A stretch of 64,000 bases of DNA from Candidatus Kaiserbacteria bacterium (GCA_963699165.1 OY969413.1:276562-340561); one strand, 5' to 3'. Counted from the first letter of the stretch, positions 1-10,203 are shown. The notes: generated by a model from the letters alone, not told the origin. Numbers and translations are program-made.

Positions 1-253
1 CGCTGCCGGTCGCGCGCGCAAGCGCCGGAGCCCCCTCGGTTACGAGCGAATTGACGAGAATCAGAAGCGCGCGGAGCATCGCCTCTTCGGCGGGTTCATT
101 GGACTTTCGTTCAACGGGTAGGCGCCGCGCATACAAAACGGTCGGCAGTTCTCCGGGAACATAGTTCGCGTATGCGCCGCCGACGGAATGCACGCCGACA
201 TCAATGAGTACGGCCGAATGAGAATTTTTTTTTGTCGAATTCAAGAAGCCCAT
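1..253 (-). CDS. 5' part of a hypothetical protein with an actin-like ATPase (FtsA/PilM-like) N-terminal motif; runs off the window
   Basis: Manual translation from ATG at 253: MGFLNSTKKNSHSAVLIDVGVHSVGGAY...; open to position 1; DxG phosphate-1-like motif. Confidence 0.5.
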   Translation of the reverse strand, partial: MGFLNSTKKNSHSAVLIDVGVHSVGGAYANYVPGELPTVLYARRLPVERKSNEPAEEAMLRALLILVNSLVTEGAPALARATGS

Positions 254-257
254 TTAT

Positions 258-2162
258 CTATTCTAGCACCGCTTTGATGCGGCGAATGCCGGCCGACGAC
301 GCTTCTTCTTTTAGAATTTTAAATTTCTTGCCTCCTTCCGAAAGTTCCCGCGTATTTTGCACATGCGGTCCGCCGCAAAACTCGATTGAAAATGCCTCGA
401 CGAATTTCGGCTCGGCTTCAGTCGCGTCTTTCGGTCCAATCGAGTAGACGCTCACCTGATCGGGATACGTCGCGCCGAATTCGTGTTCCGCGCCGAGTTT
501 GTCCGCCTCGTCTTTTGGCACCACGGAGCGTATCACCGGCAACTCCTCGGCTATTTTCTCATTTACGATACGCTCGACCTCGGCTTTTTGTTCCGGTGTC
601 ATTTTTTGTCCGTATGAAAAATCAATGCGCAAACGTTCGCTCGTGATGTTGCTACCGCGCTGATGCACATCATCGCCCAGCACTTTTTGAAGCGCCTTCA
701 AAAGCAAGTGATGCGCAGTGTGATACCGCACGGTCTGTTCGGCATTGTCGGCAAGCCCTCCGGCAAACTTTTGCGCAGCACCTGCGCGCGAAAGCGCCTG
801 GTGTTCTTCCATTTTCTTTTGCACTGCAGCCATATCGAGTGAAATTCCGTGTTCGCTCGCGATTTCTTGTGTCAGTTCAACTGGAAAACCATAAGTCGTA
901 AACAATACGAACGCATCGATGATATACCCCATTTTCTCAAGTTCTTTCAAACCGTGCGCCAGCGTCTTTCGAAATTGCGTCTCTTCTTTTTCAAGCTCAT
1001 CGCGAATCAACAGTGCCTGTTCCCGCACAAACGGATACGTAGCCGCATAAGCATCCCCAAAACTATGTGCGACCTCGGCAAGAACTGCATCTTTAATGCC
1101 AAGTTTGTCTGCCTCGCGAATCGCACGGCGAATCAGTCGCCGCAAAATATAGCCCTGTTCGGTGTTTGATGGACGAATGCCAGAAGCGATAAAGAAAGCC
1201 GCTGCATGGGTATGATCAAGAATAATTCTGAACGAACGTGTTGCGTGAGCGTCTTCACCATATTTCTTTCCCGACCGCTTCTCAAGGGCGTCTTTGCCAT
1301 TATCAAATATATCCGCCGCAAAAACATCTTGGGCGTTTGGAACGGTTGCAGCCAGCATGCGTATCAGTCCTCCCCCAAAGTCGACATTTCGTTTCGGCAA
1401 TTCTTTAAAGCTTCCATCGGTTTGCTTGATAAATTGCATAAAGACCGAGTTGCCGATTTCGATGAAGCGGCCGCAGTCGCAGTTTGGATGGCATTCCTCA
1501 CCGAATTTTTTGTCGTGCGGAGTGCCGAAGTCATAAAACATTTCAGAATCGGGACCGCCGATTTCTCCCGCGGGCATTTTTGATGGGACTCCTGCTCGGC
1601 TCCACCAATTTTTTTTCGCGCCATACGAGAAAATGCGACCGCCTTGCATTCCGATTTCCGAACCGCGTTCCTCCGTTCCGACCGCAACAAATTTTGCATC
1701 AATTCCCTTTGCAGTGAAAAGTTCATTCCATATTGTGGCTGATTCTTGATCCGCCGTCATGCCCGATTCCTCATCCCCACCGAAAACCGTCACGTATAAT
1801 TTTTCCGGATTCAGTCCGAGACCTTCATCAGCATTTGTAAGAAATTCGAAGTACCACGGAAGCTGTTCCTGTTTGAAATAATCGCCAAGTGACCAATTGC
1901 CAAGCATTTCAAAAAAAGTCGTGTGGCGATTGTCGCCGACTTCTTCGATATCTTCCGCGCGGAAAGACAGTTGCGAGTCGACGAGGCGATTCCCTTCCGG
2001 ATGCGGCTGGCCGAGCAAATACGGCACCAAGGGTTGCATGCCGCTTGAAGTAAAAAGCGTCGTCGAATCATTTTCGGGCACAATCGGAGCCGACGGAATA
2101 ATCTTATGTCCGCGTTTCTCAAAAAAGTCCAAATATCGTTTCCGTACTTCTTCAACGGTCAT
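258..2162 (-). CDS. alaS: Alanine--tRNA ligase (short form, no C-Ala domain)
   Basis: TTLFTSSGMQ, HTTFFEMLGNWSLGDYFK; editing motifs HTAHH and EFCGGPH; ends at GIRRIKAVLE. Confidence 0.97.
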   Translation of the reverse strand: MTVEEVRKRYLDFFEKRGHKIIPSAPIVPENDSTTLFTSSGMQPLVPYLLGQPHPEGNRLVDSQLSFRAEDIEEVGDNRHTTFFEMLGNWSLGDYFKQEQLPWYFEFLTNADEGLGLNPEKLYVTVFGGDEESGMTADQESATIWNELFTAKGIDAKFVAVGTEERGSEIGMQGGRIFSYGAKKNWWSRAGVPSKMPAGEIGGPDSEMFYDFGTPHDKKFGEECHPNCDCGRFIEIGNSVFMQFIKQTDGSFKELPKRNVDFGGGLIRMLAATVPNAQDVFAADIFDNGKDALEKRSGKKYGEDAHATRSFRIILDHTHAAAFFIASGIRPSNTEQGYILRRLIRRAIREADKLGIKDAVLAEVAHSFGDAYAATYPFVREQALLIRDELEKEETQFRKTLAHGLKELEKMGYIIDAFVLFTTYGFPVELTQEIASEHGISLDMAAVQKKMEEHQALSRAGAAQKFAGGLADNAEQTVRYHTAHHLLLKALQKVLGDDVHQRGSNITSERLRIDFSYGQKMTPEQKAEVERIVNEKIAEELPVIRSVVPKDEADKLGAEHEFGATYPDQVSVYSIGPKDATEAEPKFVEAFSIEFCGGPHVQNTRELSEGGKKFKILKEEASSAGIRRIKAVLE

Positions 2163-2178
2163 ACGAAAAAAGATACCA
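2128..2178. repeat. 51-bp direct repeat, copy 1 (alaS -10 box and first codons)
   Basis: Identical to 3728-3778 (offset exactly 1600 bp). Confidence 0.95.
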
Positions 2179-2784
2179 CTTTTTTATAATCTCTGCCTCG
2201 CGGATTCGAGTATGGCGTTTACGATTGTTTCATACGTACTGCAAGCACATTTTTTGCTGCAGCGTTCGGATACGCCCATGCCTGCTCGAATTTATTAAAC
2301 GGTACCTCTCTATTCTCAACGGGCGGCACGTCGGGATCATGAAGAATAAAAGCATCGTTTGTGTAGCCCTTCAATACGACAGAATGTGAGGAGTATTCGC
2401 TTTCTCCGGCCAAACTTCCCGAGTCAATTGCACATATGCAGAGGAATCCCTGTTCGAGAAGTGACTTCAAATCATTCTCACCGGGCATTGATTGCGAATA
2501 GGAAATCTTCTTTATGAACTCCGCGCTCAAATCTCGTTCTTGTTCAATATCGCTGTTTCTAATCTGCGCCGCCGCGACCTCTTCACCGTACGTTTCCAAA
2601 AGATATTTCTCCCTTTCTTGCACAAATCGACCGTAATCAAACGTCTCAATATCTTTGATTTCAAATCCGTTCTCGACCAGCCAAAGCATCGCTGCAACGG
2701 GCCACGTCCACTTGCCTCGCGGCTTAGCGGTGATGCGCTCCAGTTCATCCCATGAAAAGTCCTTTTCGGGAAGAAAGTATTTCA

Positions 2785-3628
2785 GGGTATTAAGAACGAG
2801 TTGGCACAAGCGTTAATGATTTTAATAAGTAAGTGCGCGGATTTCCGAACAATTCCGGTGAGGAAAATCTGAAGCAGAATTCCCTCACGTATTGCTCGAG
2901 GTTCTCGCTCCAGTGATGATGATACATCCTCCGCACAAAGGTGCGGTATACGCCGAACACGCCTTCGATTTCGGAGGTATGTTCGAACTCGAATTTTGAA
3001 TGAATGTCTCTGCTGTGGGAGACCGGCCATCGCTTGCCGACACCCCGGTATATCGAACCGCCATCGGTCCACAACTCGCTCCCCGGCTTCACTTTGGCAA
3101 AGAGAAAGTCCATCACGTCCGTCTTGTTCGGGAAGCGATTGTGCATGACGGTATAGGCAAGCTTTCTCGTTCCTTTCTGCTTGGCCATCACGAGAGCTGC
3201 GTTCTTGAAATATGCCTCGTCCATCTGCACGATACGCTCGAGAATATGCTCTTCTTGGGGCAAATGCTCACGAAAGGTGGCATACCAGCGGCGTATCGTT
3301 CGTTCAGGCAAATGCGTGAGCTCCATGGCCTGCAAGACGGGTTCTCGTATCGTCCAGCACCAGAGGAGCATCCACCACGTCTGGAGCGGAAGCTTGAGGT
3401 TTGAGAGCCAGGTATGCGAGAGGAGCGAGAACCTTCGGCGGCAGGCAACACACCGGTACCGGTCTTCGTACCGCACAATCCTGCGCGAGCGGCAGAGCGG
3501 GCAAAACACATTCTTTCCGAACAACGTTCGCCGCAAAAACTTTCTAATCTGCACTTCAGACGGAATTTGTTTGAGCGTGTACATAGCTTCCATGATACGG
3601 GAGCTGTGCCAACAGAGTCTGAATACCC
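2785..3628 (-). mobile_element. IS1595-family insertion sequence, 844 bp
   Basis: Inverted ends GGGTATTAAGAACGAGTTGGCACA / GGGTATTCAGACTCTGTTGGCACA; 8-bp TSD GTATTTCA at 2777-2784 and 3629-3636. Confidence 0.92.
2790..3593 (-). CDS. IS1595-family transposase
   Basis: Zn ribbon CPLC...CVAC, QMDEAY, WTDGGSIY, TSEIEGVFG, YVREFCFR. Confidence 0.9.
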   Translation of the reverse strand: MEAMYTLKQIPSEVQIRKFLRRTLFGKNVFCPLCRSRRIVRYEDRYRCVACRRRFSLLSHTWLSNLKLPLQTWWMLLWCWTIREPVLQAMELTHLPERTIRRWYATFREHLPQEEHILERIVQMDEAYFKNAALVMAKQKGTRKLAYTVMHNRFPNKTDVMDFLFAKVKPGSELWTDGGSIYRGVGKRWPVSHSRDIHSKFEFEHTSEIEGVFGVYRTFVRRMYHHHWSENLEQYVREFCFRFSSPELFGNPRTYLLKSLTLVPTRS

Positions 3629-3727
3629 GTATTTCAGTACCATTTTTATACTTGCTTGAAAGCAATGTGTGTCGTCGGCGTTATTTAAGAAAAATGGGAC
3701 TTCGTAATTTACCATGCGTGCCTAAAA

Positions 3728-3778
3728 TCCAAATATCGTTTCCGTACTTCTTCAACGGTCATACGAAAAAAGATACCA
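3728..3778. repeat. 51-bp direct repeat, copy 2 of the alaS start region
   Basis: Identical to 2128-2178; opens a 17-aa ORF MTVEEVRKRYLDFRHAW (3709-3762, minus strand). Confidence 0.95.
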
Positions 3779-3847
3779 TCTTTCTTCCTAAAATGAAGTG
3801 ATATCTTGGGCTACTATTTGGCCTATGGAGAATCACGGACTATTGGA

Positions 3848-3867
3848 TGGTATGATATATCATACCA
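3848..3867. promoter_or_regulatory. Perfect 20-bp palindrome, putative operator overlapping the -10 region
   Basis: TGGTATGATATATCATACCA, ending 2 nt before the ATG at 3870. Confidence 0.75.
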
Positions 3868-3869
3868 CC

Positions 3870-4298
3870 ATGGCGCACGTATCCAGAAAGAAAATCAAAA
3901 AACAAATCGCGGCAGAACTCGCAGATCAGTTTCTGACATTTTTAACCGTAGCACGTACGAAAAAAGATGCGCACATATTCGCCGATGAACTTTTTTCGCA
4001 GACCGAACGCGTAATGCTTGCCAAGCGTCTCGCTATTGTCATACTGTTGGTGCGCGGATACTCCTTCACGCAAGTTGAAGAATCGCTTGGCGTTACGCGG
4101 CAGACGGTCGTGCGAATTTGGAAAGACATTCAGTCGGGCGGCTATCGTAAGATCGCGTCCTATGCACGCAAGCACACGAGACATTTTGAAGAGGAATCTG
4201 CTGTCGATGCTTTTATTCGCATTCTCCATCTGGGAATGCCTCCGCGAGCAGGAAAACGCTGGCAACAGCTCAACAAGCTTTTGGGTTTTGAAGGATAG
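3870..4298 (+). CDS. TrpR/YerC-YecD-like helix-turn-helix protein
   Basis: ELFSQTERVMLAKRLAIVILLVRGYSFTQVEESLGVTRQTVVR matches the TrpR-like pattern. Confidence 0.85.
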   Translation: MAHVSRKKIKKQIAAELADQFLTFLTVARTKKDAHIFADELFSQTERVMLAKRLAIVILLVRGYSFTQVEESLGVTRQTVVRIWKDIQSGGYRKIASYARKHTRHFEEESAVDAFIRILHLGMPPRAGKRWQQLNKLLGFEG

Positions 4299-4335
4299 CC
4301 GCCGGATAATCTAAGCATAAGTGAAAATGGATGGA

Positions 4336-4355
4336 AGGTATGATATATCATACCT
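4336..4355. promoter_or_regulatory. Second perfect 20-bp palindrome downstream of the TrpR-like gene
   Basis: AGGTATGATATATCATACCT; same 18-bp core as 3848-3867. Confidence 0.75.
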
Positions 4356-4405
4356 ATTGTCATATAAATGGCTCATTCGAACTGAAGTTCAGACCTTCCG
4401 AAGGC

Positions 4406-4831
4406 TTAACTTTTTTTGCGGCGGATCGGGATGGATTCCCAAACAATCAGAATAAGGCTTGCGACGGCAAAGATTTCTCCGGCGAGACGGGCGGCGTCCG
4501 CTCGGTAGAATGGGAATATATCTATAAATCCACCTGAGCTGCCGACGGGGGTAATTGCAATGAACAGAAGCGAGATTGGGAGAGCCCACTTTGCGAATTT
4601 AAGCCAAGAAGAAAATACACTATCGGAAACAATCAATAAACCGATGGCAATATATAGAAAGAAAATAGAAAAAACATACAATGGATTTATAACATCTACA
4701 AGAAAATATGCGTTTAAGAATGTTTGGTAGCATATACGACCAGTGTCAGTGCACCAAAGACTAAAAAATCTTGAGGCAATAACCAAGATAGCCAATATCA
4801 AAGGGAGAAATCGAAAAAAAACAATCTTCAT
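4406..4831 (-). CDS. Small multi-pass membrane protein
   Basis: About 4 hydrophobic segments; AT-rich; ATG 2 nt after the upstream stop. Confidence 0.75.
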   Translation of the reverse strand: MKIVFFRFLPLILAILVIASRFFSLWCTDTGRICYQTFLNAYFLVDVINPLYVFSIFFLYIAIGLLIVSDSVFSSWLKFAKWALPISLLFIAITPVGSSGGFIDIFPFYRADAARLAGEIFAVASLILIVWESIPIRRKKS

Positions 4832-4833
4832 TT

Positions 4834-7800
4834 TTAGAATAGTTTTCTCAGTATAACCAGAATTCCATACCAACCATTGTAAACTGCCGAGCCAAGATTT
4901 GTGAGCGCCGGCTGTTGAGAAGTTGCGTTGAGTGCGGCGGCGGATTGCGGGACGGGCTGAGTAGTTTTCTTTTGCGCGGCTGAGACTTTCAGTAGCTTTC
5001 GATGGATGATTATCGCCGTAGTCGTCGATACCTTGATTTGTTTGAGGGGTTGGACCAATGCTTGGATATGCCGTGTGCTTGATGCGGTTGTGTGTGCAGT
5101 GGACGTGGCGTAGACAGGTGAAAGTATGACCGGTATTGAAATTGCTCCCGCGCTTGCATGTGCGAAGATTGGAGTCGGTGCAGAAACCGGCGCAGATATG
5201 GATTGCGGCGGTATATAGTTCGATATTTTCCCGGGCACCGGTTGAATCGTGATAACGTCCTTTCCGTCGCTGTTCTCGTCGACGGTGAGTGTCGAAACGG
5301 TGCCGATACCGTTTGAAATGGTGAGATTTGCAGTTGTGCTTGCCGTCGTCGGTATATTTGCGATTGTGCTTGAAGCTGTAATGGTGTCGTCGGAGAACTC
5401 TTGCATATCGAGTGAGAAGGAACCGGTTGCTTGCCCGTGCATTGAAAGCTGATATTGCCCGCCTTCCGGAGCAATGATGTATTTCACATCGCCAAACTCG
5501 CCATAACTTGAATCGGGAATGTTTTCAGAAATCGAACCGTCTTGCGCAAGACCGGTCGTGTTGCCGGAAGAATCCGTAAGTTGAAGTGTGAGCGGCGAAT
5601 GGAGAAAGAAGATGAGCTTTTTGCTGGGAGTGATTGGCGCTGGCGACGTTGAGGATATATATTCTGGATAGCTGGTCATTTGATTCTCAAGAATCTCCTT
5701 TATGAAATCTCTAAGAAACGGGACTTCAAATATGTCTTTGTGTGTACGTTCGACGTTTTCATTTTTTAGATATGAATGCAAATCGAGCCAGTATCTCTTC
5801 ACGTTCGCATTCTCCGCCATCATTAGAGCGCTTGGCACAGGAACCGTATCATCCCCATCCTCGGTGAAAATCGGTCGATATTCTCGAACCGTTCCGGGTC
5901 CAACGCCGAAGGCCGAAAGAATATCCGTGGGTGCCGGCTGTGTGTAGAAATCAATTCCCGCGACGGTATCGATGCCCCATCCTGCGATTTGGTCAACCTC
6001 AATTCCGGCAGGAGGCGTCCAGGCATCGAGCACGGAGTGCTCTTTGTTTGCGTAATCAATGAGAGTCGGATTTAAAACTTCGGCGGTGCTCAAATCATCA
6101 TCGGCCGGTTTTTGCCGGCCGCCGTCCTTGCCGAGCAGATAACTATCGAGGTCTGCAAGATTGCCGATGTTACTGCCATACGCGGCAATTTCTTTTGAAT
6201 ATCCATCGCCCTCAAAGGTGGCGACATGGTGAGCGGCATCCGGCGCGATACTCTCGAGATACTCTTCCGATGGAAGCAAGTGATATGCCATCGGCGAGTT
6301 TTGCGCGAGCGAACGGGCCGCTTCGTTGGATACAACGCTGTAAACTCCATACGCGTTAATACCCGCATCATAGCCGACGAGTGTCGAACCAATTGCCGCG
6401 GGCGCGCCGCTTTGCGGCACGGCGACCATGATTACTTTGTCGACCAGCTTCGCGGCGTCGGCGTCGCCAAGCTCATTCAAAAGCGCCTTTGCCACAAGGC
6501 CGCCGTTACTGTGCGCAACTATTGTCACCTTCCCCGTCTTAGATGTCGCGGCCAAAGCGCGAAGTGTTTGTAAAATGTATGGGGTGTCGGTTGCCAGTTC
6601 ATAATAAATTTTCTCGTCCTGCTCGGTTCCGTTATTCAGCAAATCATCAAGCGAAAGCCGCCAATCATACGAAACGGGTTTCCAGTCGTTGATTGTCCCG
6701 CCGCTCTTCAATCCGTTCATTTCGTCGATGAACGATTTGTAGATATTGCCGCCCGCGGAATCAATGATGTCCCCGTCCTTTGTATAAATATCGCTGCAAA
6801 CGCTTTCGCCGTTTGTATCGAGAGAAAGTTCCTTCACTTTTCCGTCCTGATTTCCTAAAAGAACATCGCCGATGCCATCTGCGGGCTCCCAAAGTTTCTC
6901 CTCTGCCGTTTTTCCGCATCCTGTTCCCTCGTACAGCCGGCTGCCCTCGATTCCGGGCAGGAACATTACATTTGAAACACATGAGTTTGTGGCGACGCAT
7001 GGGTCGACCGGCGCCGGAGGCGCCGGTCTTGCGTGCGGATATTGGTCGACAACGTTATTGGTTGCATCGATGACGTAGGGGCCATCGCAAAAACCGTCGC
7101 CGTCGGCATCAATGCAACCCTCGCTCGATTCATCGTACGTGTCCCACGTATTTCCGCCGTCCGGCAGGTCTTTCCAAAATTGCACCGGAGACGAAGGACT
7201 TACAACAGCCGGTGTGGCATCGTTTTCAAAGTCGTTCCCAAAAATGTATGTTGTTGTATCCGATGAAGTGCCACCGCCCGAATCGGAGATATTCAGTGCG
7301 GCAAGGTTCGAGGCGAGCGGATGAGCAAGCGAAAACATCACACGGCCCGGGGTTAATACGGTAACGCCGATTGCCGAGTCCTCGAATGCATTTTTGTTAA
7401 TCGTATTCTGCGTTGAACCCGACATATTTATATACAGAGCTTGCGTGGCGGCATTCGTAATCGTGTTTCCCAAAACTGCGAGCGTCTGAACGGAATTAAG
7501 ACGGATTCCGGTAGATACGTCATCGATGTCATTATTTTGAATACTCGCTCCCGAAACATTCTCCGCGTTAATTCCGTTATTTACGCCGGAAATAGTGTTG
7601 TTATGTATTGCGGTGTCGTAGGAATATCCGGAAACATCGATGCCGCTTGCGCCATATCCATCGGGGCTTTCGCTTATGCTGTTGCCCGATGCTTCGCCGC
7701 CTACGGTATTGGAAAAATGAACGCCTATATTCGACCCAGCAACAGTATTGTTCAGCGCCTTGCCGTTGTTTGCACGATTGAAGTAGATGGCGATGTTCCC

Positions 7801-8130
7801 GCCCTTGATTGCAAGGTTTTCTATGGTTACTGCGGCTGCCCCATATATAAGAATTCCATTGGAATTGTATGGGCCATCGACGGTGAGCGTATGTCCCGCG
7901 CCATCAAGCGTGATAAATGAATCGTCTATTTCAATGTATCCGTCAACATCATCAGTTAATGTGCATGATTCTGTGTCTTGGTCCCACGTTCCGATTTGAG
8001 TGCACATGCCGCCCGAATCCGAATTTTGAATAATATAGAGTTGTCCATCCGCAAAAGCAATATGTGGAATAAGCAAAAATAAAAAAATCGATGAAGCGAT
8101 GAGGAGTCCCGTGTGCGTTCGAACGCGCAT
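4834..8130 (-). CDS. Large secreted protein: right-handed beta-helix (NosD/pectin-lyase-like) plus LCAT/PGAP1-like alpha/beta hydrolase
   Basis: Signal peptide; parallel beta-helix repeats; FLPGIEGS, YDWRLS, AHSNGG nucleophile elbow, DGDDTVP. Confidence 0.85.
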   Translation of the reverse strand: MRVRTHTGLLIASSIFLFLLIPHIAFADGQLYIIQNSDSGGMCTQIGTWDQDTESCTLTDDVDGYIEIDDSFITLDGAGHTLTVDGPYNSNGILIYGAAAVTIENLAIKGGNIAIYFNRANNGKALNNTVAGSNIGVHFSNTVGGEASGNSISESPDGYGASGIDVSGYSYDTAIHNNTISGVNNGINAENVSGASIQNNDIDDVSTGIRLNSVQTLAVLGNTITNAATQALYINMSGSTQNTINKNAFEDSAIGVTVLTPGRVMFSLAHPLASNLAALNISDSGGGTSSDTTTYIFGNDFENDATPAVVSPSSPVQFWKDLPDGGNTWDTYDESSEGCIDADGDGFCDGPYVIDATNNVVDQYPHARPAPPAPVDPCVATNSCVSNVMFLPGIEGSRLYEGTGCGKTAEEKLWEPADGIGDVLLGNQDGKVKELSLDTNGESVCSDIYTKDGDIIDSAGGNIYKSFIDEMNGLKSGGTINDWKPVSYDWRLSLDDLLNNGTEQDEKIYYELATDTPYILQTLRALAATSKTGKVTIVAHSNGGLVAKALLNELGDADAAKLVDKVIMVAVPQSGAPAAIGSTLVGYDAGINAYGVYSVVSNEAARSLAQNSPMAYHLLPSEEYLESIAPDAAHHVATFEGDGYSKEIAAYGSNIGNLADLDSYLLGKDGGRQKPADDDLSTAEVLNPTLIDYANKEHSVLDAWTPPAGIEVDQIAGWGIDTVAGIDFYTQPAPTDILSAFGVGPGTVREYRPIFTEDGDDTVPVPSALMMAENANVKRYWLDLHSYLKNENVERTHKDIFEVPFLRDFIKEILENQMTSYPEYISSTSPAPITPSKKLIFFLHSPLTLQLTDSSGNTTGLAQDGSISENIPDSSYGEFGDVKYIIAPEGGQYQLSMHGQATGSFSLDMQEFSDDTITASSTIANIPTTASTTANLTISNGIGTVSTLTVDENSDGKDVITIQPVPGKISNYIPPQSISAPVSAPTPIFAHASAGAISIPVILSPVYATSTAHTTASSTRHIQALVQPLKQIKVSTTTAIIIHRKLLKVSAAQKKTTQPVPQSAAALNATSQQPALTNLGSAVYNGWYGILVILRKLF

Positions 8131-8235
8131 TGCTACCAGATATATACCGAAATGATTCAGCGCGCAAGATAAGCAACTCCGGTGAAATTAGCGAAAGAAG
8201 TTGAGGTAGTTGGCCGAGCCGTGTACACTGCTCGT

Positions 8236-10203
8236 ATGACTAAAAAAGGATGGGGATTTGATACGAAAAATATCGATGCAAGCGTGCGGCCGCAGGACGA
8301 TTTTTATCATTACGCAAACGGAACGTGGCTGAAAAATAATCCGATTCCGGAAAATGAATCTCGCTGGGGCGCATTTCTCATTCTTCGGTATGACACGGAG
8401 AAAAAATTGCGCGCTCTTGTGACCAAGCTCCAAAATATGAAGCGGCTCGAAGCCGGTACGCCAGAGCAAATGATTCGCGATTTGTATTGCTCCGCATTCG
8501 ACATGAAAAGACGGAATGCGCTCGGTATAGAGCCGGTTCGTCCGTGGCTCGATCGCATTCAAAACATTAAAAATGTCCGCCAGCTTGTTTTGATGCTCGC
8601 GCATCTCGAGAAAATCGGCGGCGCCGGCCCGTGGGGTCTCGGGGTCGAGCAGGATTTGAAAAACAGCGAGAAATATCTTCTCTACATCGGACAAAGCGGA
8701 CTTTGCATGCCCGACCGCGACTATTATTTGAATGACGATGCCGAATCGGTTCGCGTGCGCACCGCGTACGTGAAGCATGTTGAAGCAATCTTTAAACTTA
8801 TGGGCAAGACGAGCGCGGAGGCGAAGCGCGACCGCGCGACTGTCATGCGCATCGAAACGGCGCTCGCGAAGATTTCGATGACGAAGGAGGATTTGCGCGA
8901 CGTCGATAAGATTTATTGCAAGATGCGGGCGTCGGCGCTTGGCCGCCTTGCGCCGAATATCGATTGGGACGCCTATCTGCGCATTTTGGGAACCGGAAAA
9001 TTGAACGAAGTTGTCGTCATGCAACCGGAGTTTATGAAAGGCGCAAACGCGATGCTTGAGAAGGAGCCGATTGAGGATTGGAAAACCTACCTCTCGTGGC
9101 GCGTCGTTAACGGTACATCCGGCCTACTTTCGGAAAAATTCGTTAAGGAAAATTTTTCTTTTTACGGCACAACGCTTTCGGGTGTAAAAGTTATGAAGCC
9201 GTTGTGGCGCCGCGCGCTTGGAGCTGTCGAAGGAATGCTCGGCGAGCCGCTTGGCAAGCTGTATGTGCAGGCGTATTTCGGCCCGGATGCGAAAAAGAAA
9301 ATCGTCGCGATTGTGGACGATTTGTTTGAGGCATACGAGGCGCGCATAAAAAATCTCGACTGGATGACTCCCGCTACAAAAAGGAAAGCGATTGAGAAGC
9401 TGCATAAAATCAATCGCAAACTCGGGTATCCGGATAAATGGAAAAGTTATCGCGGCCTCGTCATCAAGCCGGATGATTTTTTCGGAAATGCGATTCGTGC
9501 AACGCTTTTTCACCATGCCCGCGAAATACAACGATTGAAAAAACCGGTTGACCGGGTTGAGTGGCACATGACGCCGCAGACAGTAAACGCCTACTACAGC
9601 TTCACGTTAAATGACATTGTCTTCCCTGCCGCCATTTTGCAGGCACCGATTTTCTCGCCTGATGCCGATGATGCCGTAAACTACGGCGCAATCGGTTCGG
9701 TCATCGGCCACGAAATTACGCACGGCTTTGACGACCAGGGTGCAAAGTTCGATGGCAAGGGAAATCGGAAAACGTGGTGGAGAAAAGAAGACCGTGCGCG
9801 ATTCGATAAAAAGGCGGAGGTTTTGAAAAAACAGTTCGATACCTACGCGGTTGCAGACGACGTAAAAGTGAACGGCCAGCTGACGCTCGGAGAAAATATC
9901 GCCGACCTCGGCGGTGCTTCGATCGCATTCGATGCGTATAAGCTCCGTCTTGCAAAAACGGGTAGAAAAGACATCGATGGATTTACGCCCGAACAGCGAT
10001 TTTTCCTCGGGCTTGCGGTCTTCGATTCGGAAAACATGCGGCCGGAAGCGCAAAAAATGCGCGTGCTTACCGACCCGCACTCCCCCGGCATATTCCGCAT
10101 AAACGGGCCGGCGTCAAACCTACCGGAGTTTTACGAAGCGTTCGGAGTTAAAAAGGGCGACAAGCTCTATCGCGACCCGAACGACCGTGCAAAGATTTGG
10201 TGA
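8236..10203 (+). CDS. pepO: M13-family metalloendopeptidase (PepO/neprilysin-like)
   Basis: RPQDDFY, VNAYY, GHEITHGFDDQG, GENIAD. Confidence 0.93.
   Translation: MTKKGWGFDTKNIDASVRPQDDFYHYANGTWLKNNPIPENESRWGAFLILRYDTEKKLRALVTKLQNMKRLEAGTPEQMIRDLYCSAFDMKRRNALGIEPVRPWLDRIQNIKNVRQLVLMLAHLEKIGGAGPWGLGVEQDLKNSEKYLLYIGQSGLCMPDRDYYLNDDAESVRVRTAYVKHVEAIFKLMGKTSAEAKRDRATVMRIETALAKISMTKEDLRDVDKIYCKMRASALGRLAPNIDWDAYLRILGTGKLNEVVVMQPEFMKGANAMLEKEPIEDWKTYLSWRVVNGTSGLLSEKFVKENFSFYGTTLSGVKVMKPLWRRALGAVEGMLGEPLGKLYVQAYFGPDAKKKIVAIVDDLFEAYEARIKNLDWMTPATKRKAIEKLHKINRKLGYPDKWKSYRGLVIKPDDFFGNAIRATLFHHAREIQRLKKPVDRVEWHMTPQTVNAYYSFTLNDIVFPAAILQAPIFSPDADDAVNYGAIGSVIGHEITHGFDDQGAKFDGKGNRKTWWRKEDRARFDKKAEVLKKQFDTYAVADDVKVNGQLTLGENIADLGGASIAFDAYKLRLAKTGRKDIDGFTPEQRFFLGLAVFDSENMRPEAQKMRVLTDPHSPGIFRINGPASNLPEFYEAFGVKKGDKLYRDPNDRAKIW

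Larger units (their letters stand above)
2219..3715 (-). pseudogene. C39-like (papain-fold) peptidase gene split by an IS1595 insertion
   Basis: Removing the IS and one TSD joins MVNYEVPFFLNNADDTHCFQASIKMVLKY (3629-3715) to FLPEKDFSW... (2219-2776); candidate triad Cys (THC), His (SHSVVLKGY), Asp (LHDP). Confidence 0.8.
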
